Positions 57,660-64,000 of a stretch of DNA of 64,000 nucleotides are shown here, piece after piece. The stretch is from Eledone cirrhosa. Its lineage: Eukaryota. The stretch covers positions 30,814,001 through 30,878,000 of the forward strand of contig OZ024744.1 of NCBI GenBank assembly GCA_964016885.1, given 5' to 3'. The translations under genes and the position numbers were made by a program. The notes below the pieces were generated by a model. That model saw only the letters and a list, made by a program, of their open reading frames with translations. It did no database searches and had not been told where the DNA came from. Position 1 is the first letter of the stretch; every line of letters begins with the position of its first letter.

Positions 57660-59731
57660 TCTCATATATATTAACATTTGTTGACACCCAGATTCCTGAT
57701 GATTTCTAAAGAATGAAACACTTCTAGTCCTGTAGAACTCATCTATATTAAAATTTTTTGATACCCAGATTCCTGATGATTTCTAAAGAATGAACCAGTT
57801 CTAGTCCTGTAGAATCTCATCTATATTAACACTTTTTGATACCCAGATTCCTGATGATTTCTAAAGAATGAAACAGTTCTAGTCCTGTAGAATCTCATCT
57901 ATATTAACATTTTTTGATACCCATATTCCTGATGATTTCTAAAGAATGAACCAGTTCTAGTCCTGTAGAATCTCATCTATATTAACATTTTTTGATACCC
58001 AGATTCCTGATGATTTCTAAAGAATGAACCAGTTCTAGTCCTGTAGAATCTCATCTATATTAACATTTTTTGATACCCAGATTCCTGATGATTTCTAAAG
58101 AATGAAACAGGTCTAGTCCTGTAGAATCTCATCTATATTAAAACATTTTGATACTCAGATTCCTGATGATTTCTAAATAATGAAACAGTTCTAGTCCTTT
58201 AGAATCTCATCCATATTAACATTTTTTGATACCCAGATTCCTGATGATTTCTAAAGAATGAAACAGTTCTAGTCCTGAAGAATCTCATCTATATTAACAT
58301 TTTTTGATACCCAGATTCCTGATGATTTCTAAAGAATGAAACAGTTCTAGTCCTGTAGAATCTCATCTATATTAACATTTTTTGATACCCAGATTCCTGA
58401 TGATTTCTAATGAATGAAACAGTTCTAGTCCTGTAGAATCTCATCTATATTAACATTTTTTGATACCCAGATTCCTGATGATTTCTAAAGAATGAAACAG
58501 TTCTAGTCCTCTAGAATCTCATCTATATTAACATTTTCTGACACCCAGATTCCTGATGATTTCTAAAGAATGAAACAGTTCTAGTACTGTAGAACTCATC
58601 TATATTAAAATTTTCTAATACCCAGATTCCTAATGATTTCTAAAGAATGTAACAGTTCTAGTCCTGTAGAATCTCATCTATATTAACATTTTTTGATACC
58701 CATATTCCTGATGATTTCTAAAGAATGAAACAGTTCTAGTCCTGTAGAATCTAATCCATATTAAAATTTTTGGATACCCAGATTCCTGATGATTTCTAAA
58801 GAATGAAACAGTTCTAGTCCTGTAGAATCTAATCCATATTAAAATTTTTGGATACCCAGATTCCTGATGATTTCTAAAGAATGAAACAGTTCTAGTCCTC
58901 TAGAATCTCATCTATATTAACATTTTTTGACACCCATATTCCTGATGATTTCTAAAGAATGAAACAGTTCTAGTACTGTAGAACTCATCTATATTAAAAT
59001 TTTCTGATACCCAGATTCCTGATGATTTCTAAAGAATGAACCAGTTCTAGTCCTGTAGAATCTCATCTATATTAACACTTTTTGATACCCAGATTCCTGA
59101 TGATTTCTAAAGAATGAAACAGTTCTAGTCCTGTAGAATCTAATCCATATTAAAATTTTTGGATACCCAGATTCCTGATGATTTCTAAAGAATGAAACAG
59201 TTCTAGTCCTGTAGAATCTAATCCATATTAAAATTTTTGGATACCCAGATTCCTGATGATTTCTAAAGAATGAAACAGTTCTAGTCCTCTAGAATCTCAT
59301 CTATATTAACATTTTTTGATACGCAGATTCCTGATGATTTCTAAAGAATGAAACAGTTCTAGTCCTGTAGAATCTCATCCATATTAAAATTTTTTGATAC
59401 CCTGATTCCTGATGATTTCTAAAGAATGAAACAGTTCTAGTCCTGTAGAATCTCATCTATATTAAAATGTTTTGATACCCAGATTCCTGATGATTTCTAA
59501 AGAATGAAACAGTTCTAGTCCTGTAGAATCTCATCTATATTAACATTTTTTGACACCCAGATTCCTGATGATTTCTAAAGAATGAAACAGTCCTAGTCCT
59601 GTAGAATATCATATATATTAAAATTTTTTGATACCCAGTTTCCTGATGATTTCTAATGAATGAAACAGTTCTAGTCCTGTAGAATCTCATCTATATTAAA
59701 ATTTTTTGATACCCAGATTCCTGATGATTCC

Positions 59732-59785
59732 AGGTATACGTTGCTGACGATAGCTAACAAGCTTGAAACTAGTACAGCGTTCCTT
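59732..59785 (+). ncRNA. Minimal type I hammerhead ribozyme, copy 1; predicted cleavage after A59774
   Basis: ACGTTG 59738-59743 pairs with CAGCGT 59775-59780; CTGACGA 59744-59750; stem II T-AGC-TAACAA-GCT-T; GAAA 59765-59768; minimal palindromic stem III ACTAGT; GTA triplet. Confidence 0.85.
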
Positions 59786-60134
59786 TGTCAGTGTTGAACA
59801 AACGAGCAACGGTGGTTGCTAGACACTACGGCTTAATACGGGATGTTTGTTTACAAACACACCGAGCATTATAATAAATGTTCGGTGAATCCATACGTGC
59901 ATATATATATGTGTGCATGTATGTATATATATATATACATACTACTGTACGTCGGTATACATATATGTATGTACGTGTACATACTTATATTTAAGTAACA
60001 GCCGTACTAAGAGTGGGAAATGAAATATCGTTTCATTTTTTCCGTTTATCGTTTTCGGTGCACCCGGCCGATTAACCCACTCGATATGCATATTGGGCTA
60101 CTCAGCCGTTAATATGCATAAGGTAAGTATATAC

Positions 60135-60221
60135 GTTCAACAATCTGGCAGGAAGGTATACGTTGCTGACGATAGCTAACAAGCTTGAAACTAGTACAGC
60201 GTTCCTTTGTCAGTGTTGAAC
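60135..60221 (+). ncRNA. Minimal type I hammerhead ribozyme, copy 2, with extended stem I; predicted cleavage after A60196
   Basis: Same core as copy 1. Stem I is extended by AAGG/CCTT, CTGGCA/TGTCAG and GTTCAACA/TGTTGAAC. Confidence 0.87.
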
Positions 60222-60556
60222 AAACGAGCAACGGTGGTTGCTAGACACTACGGCTTAATACGGGATGTTTGTTTACAAACACACCGAGCATTATAATAAA
60301 TGTTCGGTGAATCCATACGTGCATATATATATGTGTGCATGTATGTATATATATATATACATACTACTGTACGTCGGTATACATATATGTATGTACGTGT
60401 ACATACTTATATTTAAGTAACAGCCGTACTAAGAGTGGGAAATGAAATATCGTTTCATTTTTTCCGTTTATCGTTTTCCGTGCACCCGGCCGATTAACCC
60501 ACTCGATATGCATATTGGGCTACTCAGCCGTTAATATGCATAAGGTAAGTATATAC

Positions 60557-60643
60557 GTTCAACAATCTGGCAGGAAGGTATACGTTGCTGACGATAGCTA
60601 ACAAGCTTGAAACTAGTACAGCGTTCCTTTGTCAGTGTTGAAC
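60557..60643 (+). ncRNA. Minimal type I hammerhead ribozyme, copy 3; predicted cleavage after A60618
   Basis: Identical to copy 2 at offset 422. Confidence 0.87.
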
Positions 60644-60887
60644 AAACGAGCAACGGTGGTTGCTAGACACTACGGCTTAATACGGGATGTTTGTTTACAA
60701 ACACACCGAGCATTATAATAAATGTTCGGTGAATCCATACGTGCATATATATATGTGTGCATGTATGTATATATATATATACATACTACTGTACGTCGGT
60801 ATACATATATGTATGTACGTGTACATACTTATATTTAAGTAACAGCCGTACTAAGAGTGGGAAATGAAATATCGTTTCATTTTTTCC

Positions 60888-60890
<3 letters not shown>

Positions 60891-60918
<28 letters not shown>

Positions 60919-60932
60919 CGTATATATATAAG

Positions 60933-60982
<50 letters not shown>

Positions 60983-61110
60983 CAAACATACACACGCCGC
61001 TACGTGCAGACACCTACATACACACACAGCACACACAATATGACTGTAGAGACAAAAATTTAGAGAAAGAGAGAGGGAGAGAGAGTTGGAGTAAGAGATG
61101 AGAGAGAGAG
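60891..61110. repeat. (TA)n microsatellite followed by degenerate (CA)n and (GA)n tracts
   Basis: Direct reading: interrupted TA run 60891-60978, then CA-rich and GA-rich low-complexity sequence. Confidence 0.95.
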
Positions 61111-61350
61111 ATTCAATAATATATACAGACACATACAAATGCGAACTTTTGAAAAGAGGAAAAAAAAAATATCAGGAACCGGAAGTATAAAATAATATGT
61201 TTTTAGGTATGTCATTTTACTGGTGTGTGTGTGTGCATGTGTGTGTGTGTGTATGCTGGAATATAATTGAATGAAGGTGTGTACACACTGATATCCATCA
61301 TACACGCACGGACGCTTGCACAGGCGTACACATTTTAAACACACACACAC

Positions 61351-61756
61351 ATCTTCTTCCTCTCCTTCTTCTTCTGCTTCCACTTATTCCTGAGAGGGTC
61401 ATGGGGACAGAGCCCTTAAACACTGCTTGCTACGGATCCTGTCAGAAGCGACTGTCTCCATCTGATCCGGCTCGATACCCAAGCGTGACCAACCAAACTG
61501 CTCAGAATCTACCCCTGGGTCTCCTACAAGTTGGTTTTGCCCGTAAAATATCCAGCAATTCTTTACTGAGACATTCTAACCACATGTCCACAGTATCAAA
61601 GCTGTGACCTCTCAATTCAGAGAAGTAGCAGGTCTACCTGGAGTGACTCTCTGATCTCAGAGCTATGCACTTTATCGTGTAACGTTACTCCAAAGACCTT
61701 TCGGAGGAACCACATTTTGGCTGCTTGTATTCGTGATCGTATTGTTTCGGTCAAAT
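61351..61756 (-). mobile_element. Decayed 3' end of an RTE-clade LINE (pseudogenised ORF C-terminus plus GAA-rich tail)
   Basis: Minus-strand translation ETIRSRIQAAKMWFLRKVFGVTLHDKVHSSEIRESLQVDLLLL*IERSQL*YCGHVVRM...RRPRGR matches the characteristic post-RT region of RTE LINEs (IQAAEMxFLR...IERxQLRWxGHVxRM...RPRGRP). It has in-frame stops and ends CCCCATGACCC...GAATAAGTGGAAGCAGAAGAAGAAG. Confidence 0.9.
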
Positions 61757-62493
61757 ACACATATATAAGTAAACTATTAATATATTTATCATATATACTT
61801 TTACTGGTTTCAGACACGCCATGGTACCGCCTTGATTTAGTTGAACATATCGACCCCACTACTTATTTTTTTCTTAAACTTAACGTTCAAGTAACTTTGT
61901 AAAACTTTCAAACTTTTAGAACCCCCGTAGAGAAAACATTGCTTATACAGCTGCAGAGAATGCAACCTGTCTAGGAACTTGGTAACTTCCGGAATGGAAA
62001 GGACCTTGGTAGAGCAGACGAACCCCTAAACCGGCTTGTAAGTTAACCGCTCTATTACTTTTGACAGAAGAAAATTCACCACAGCTTCCATTGTGTGTGA
62101 TGGTGGAAGTGGCATATTTCATGTAACACATAACTTTATCTCCTGGTTATTGGATATTTTAGTAGACATTTACATCACTCATTCGACATGAAGACGACAA
62201 AATGTATTGAATAGATCGTCATTCCTGCCCCTATCTTTCTCTAGTTAATGCCTAGGATCATCCAGAGCAGGGATCATCAAATTTTGGGGTGTGTGGTCAC
62301 ATTGCTATGCAGTGTCTCGTCGGTGGACCACATTCCTTTGCAGTGTCTCGTCGGCGGGCTATGATATCAAATAAGTAATGAGAACATATGTAAAGACTAA
62401 TACAGTAATATGATAAAATACTATGATATTTTTACGTAATGTATTGAGAACCGAATCTAGATGTGGGCTTTCTGATCATCTACGGAAAATACC

Positions 62494-62786
62494 TACACAA
62501 ACACACACAGACAGAAAGGGAGACATAGACCCACACAGACAGGTAGACACGGGCAGACACACACTCCTACAGACAGACACAGACAGACACACAAACACAC
62601 ACACACAGACACACAGACACACACACAGACACATAGACATAGGCACTTACACAGACATACACAAACATACACACACGCACATAGACACACACAGACAGAC
62701 AGACACACACACACATAGACAGACACACACACACATACAGGGACACAGACACATACCCACCCCCCATATATATATATATATATATG
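62494..62786. repeat. Compound (CA)n/(GACA)n microsatellite followed by (TA)n
   Basis: Direct reading of low-complexity sequence. Confidence 0.95.
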
Positions 62787-62997
62787 ATTTAATTAATTAA
62801 TTCATATGCTCTGCGGTGTGTTACGTGAGTCAACCTCTGGAACCAGTGAATCATAAACTCCAGCATATTCCCGATTACGATTGTTTAAACTTTCTTCTTT
62901 TTCTCACCAAATACTCTGCTATAACAACACATGGTAATTATTAACCAGTTGATATCACAGGAAACGCAGTTTTATTAGTGGATTGGCACTATCGGTA

Positions 62998-63180
62998 GGT
63001 GGAGAAATGGCAGAGTCGTTAGAAAGTCAGATAGAATGCTTTATGGAATTCGTTCCGACTCTCTACTCTCTGAGTTCAAATCCCACCGAGGTCAACTTCG
63101 CCTTTTATTCTTTCGATGTCAATAAAACTACCAGTAACGCATTGGGTAGATTTTCCCTCTCTCTGGAAGAAATCTGCTGT
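62998..63180 (+). mobile_element. Diverged tRNA-derived SINE of the abundant octopus type
   Basis: A-box-like TGGCAGAGTCG 63008-63018 and B-box GAGTTCAAATCC 63072-63083, followed by GAGGTCAACTTCGCCTTTTATTCTTTCG...AATAAAACTACCAGT. This matches the octopus SINE body as I recall it; no database search was run. Confidence 0.8.
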
Positions 63181-63284
63181 ACTCAGGCCTAGAGAGGGAT
63201 GGGCTCCGTCAGTTGTAAAATACTCAGGAAACGCCGTATATCAATACGCCCCCGCCCTACGACTCTATCAAGAGTTATGGGGGA

Positions 63285-63460
63285 CCATATAGAATCTGTA
63301 GAGTGTCAGATAACATGCTCTGTGGCATATCATTAAGGCCCTTTACGTTCTGAGATCTAATCCCACCGAGGTTTGTTTAGCCTTTCATTGTTACGGATTT
63401 CGTTAAAATAAAGTACCAGTAAAACACTGGGGTCGATTTACTTGACTCTCTTCCCCCATA
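63285..63460 (+). mobile_element. Second, more decayed copy of the same SINE family
   Basis: CTTTACGTTCTGAGATCTAATCCCACCGAGGTTTGTTTAGCCTTTCAT...AAAGTACCAGTAAAACACTGGGGTCGATTTACTTGACT aligns by eye with the SINE at 62998; the B-box is degenerate. Confidence 0.75.
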
Positions 63461-64000
63461 AACTATTATATATTACTGGAAGGGTAACGACGACCTCTAA
63501 AATCCCAAACGGGGAGTACCATGAAAAAAAGTGCCCCAAAATGGTGAGAAATGAGGCAAAACAAGGAGATTTTACATAATGAAAGTAGAATTTATTTAAA
63601 AAAAAAAAAATTCGATCTTATCTGGCTCTGTGTGATCTAAATTCAAATGTTGCCCTCAAACCCTTTAAGTATATAAGTTGCGACCGGCAGATGGACAGAC
63701 AAATGGGAATATAATTCACTCGTTCCATCCATGGATTGGCTTCTTAATTTATTTTTTTAATAAACGGTATATATTCATCTTTTTATATTCTTCTTCATAT
63801 TTCCTCATATATTTTTTATTCATTCAATGGTATCAGATAGGAGATACTGACCATGTTGTACAGGGTTTATCTGGACTTTTTCGGAGGATTTTTTCTTGGA
63901 AACCTTTGAATATTATGGGATCTGTTACTGTCTTGATATGTTTCAATATGATATTAAAGAGAGTGGTGCCAGTTGATGTGATGTAGTGGTGTCGTATGGT

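Larger units (their letters stand above)
1..59729. repeat. 78-bp (77/78) AT-rich tandem satellite array, about 755 monomers, running off the left edge of the window
   Basis: Consensus GATACCCAGATTCCTGATGATTTCTAAAGAATGAAACAGTTCTAGTCCTGTAGAATCTCATCTATATTAACATTTTTT repeats head-to-tail in one orientation. Monomers typically differ by a few substitutions or a T5/T6 indel. Interrupted only at 55112-55525 and 57246-57659. Ends at ...AGATTCCTGATGATT (59729). Confidence 0.99.
1..59729 (+). ncRNA. Tandem hammerhead ribozyme motifs, one per satellite monomer (many intact, some with core or stem mutations)
   Basis: The consensus monomer has stem I AGATTC/GAATCT, core CTGATGA, stem II (T or A)TTC-TAAA-GAAT, core GAAA, stem III ACAG/CTGT around TTCTAGTC, and cleavage triplet GTA. 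All conserved hammerhead core nucleotides occur in the right order with three complementary helices. Confidence 0.88.
59732..60893 (+). mobile_element. About 2.75 tandem copies of a 422-bp hammerhead-containing unit (non-LTR retrozyme-like or Penelope-like pLTR repeat)
   Basis: Units start at AGGTATACG at 59732, 60154 and 60576 and are near identical (one G/C difference and one extra TA noticed). Each has a minimal type I hammerhead and no meaningful ORF. The third copy breaks off into (TA)n. Confidence 0.8.

Noticed and set aside
1-59729. CRISPR array
   Set aside because: There are no unique spacers, the entire unit repeats, no cas genes are present, and the context is eukaryotic.
59732-60893. 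422-bp unit as a spliced-leader, snRNA, 5S or tRNA gene repeat
   Set aside because: I found no cloverleaf, 5S or snRNA similarity, and no Sm site downstream of the splice donor. The hammerhead explains the unit better.
62298-62358. Two imperfect copies of a 31-bp unit (CACATTGCTATGCAGTGTCTCGTCGG)
   Set aside because: A short local tandem duplication with no further structure.
60786-62800. ORFs rich in YI, CV or TH repeats, and plus-strand ORFs over 61401-61902
   Set aside because: These are translations of microsatellites or antisense frames of the decayed RTE fragment.
62998-63090. tRNA gene
   Set aside because: A and B boxes are present but no cloverleaf forms, and the sequence continues into a SINE body.
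63678-63986. 102-aa ORF
   Set aside because: TTG start, AT-rich low-complexity F/I/Y composition and no recognisable domain; probably chance.

Overview
Eukaryotic, non-coding window, most likely from an octopus/cephalopod genome judging by the SINEs at the right end. Bases 1-59729 are a head-to-tail satellite array of roughly 755 monomers of 77-78 bp, with kb-scale higher-order duplications and two identical copies of a 5'-truncated RTE-type retroposon inserted near its right edge. The main observation is that the monomer, read on the + strand, folds almost entirely into a hammerhead ribozyme: AGATTC-CUGAUGA-stem II-GAAA-stem III-GUA^GAATCT, with the remaining linker extending and capping stem I. 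The array ends inside a ribozyme core and abuts about 2.75 tandem copies of a different 422-bp unit. Each of these carries a minimal type I hammerhead on the same strand, resembling retrozyme/Penelope-like repeats. The last 3 kb is ordinary repeat-rich flank: microsatellites, a decayed RTE LINE 3' end and two tRNA-derived SINEs. No credible intact protein-coding gene is present. Structures were folded by eye, copy numbers are estimates from length, and ribozyme activity is inferred rather than shown.
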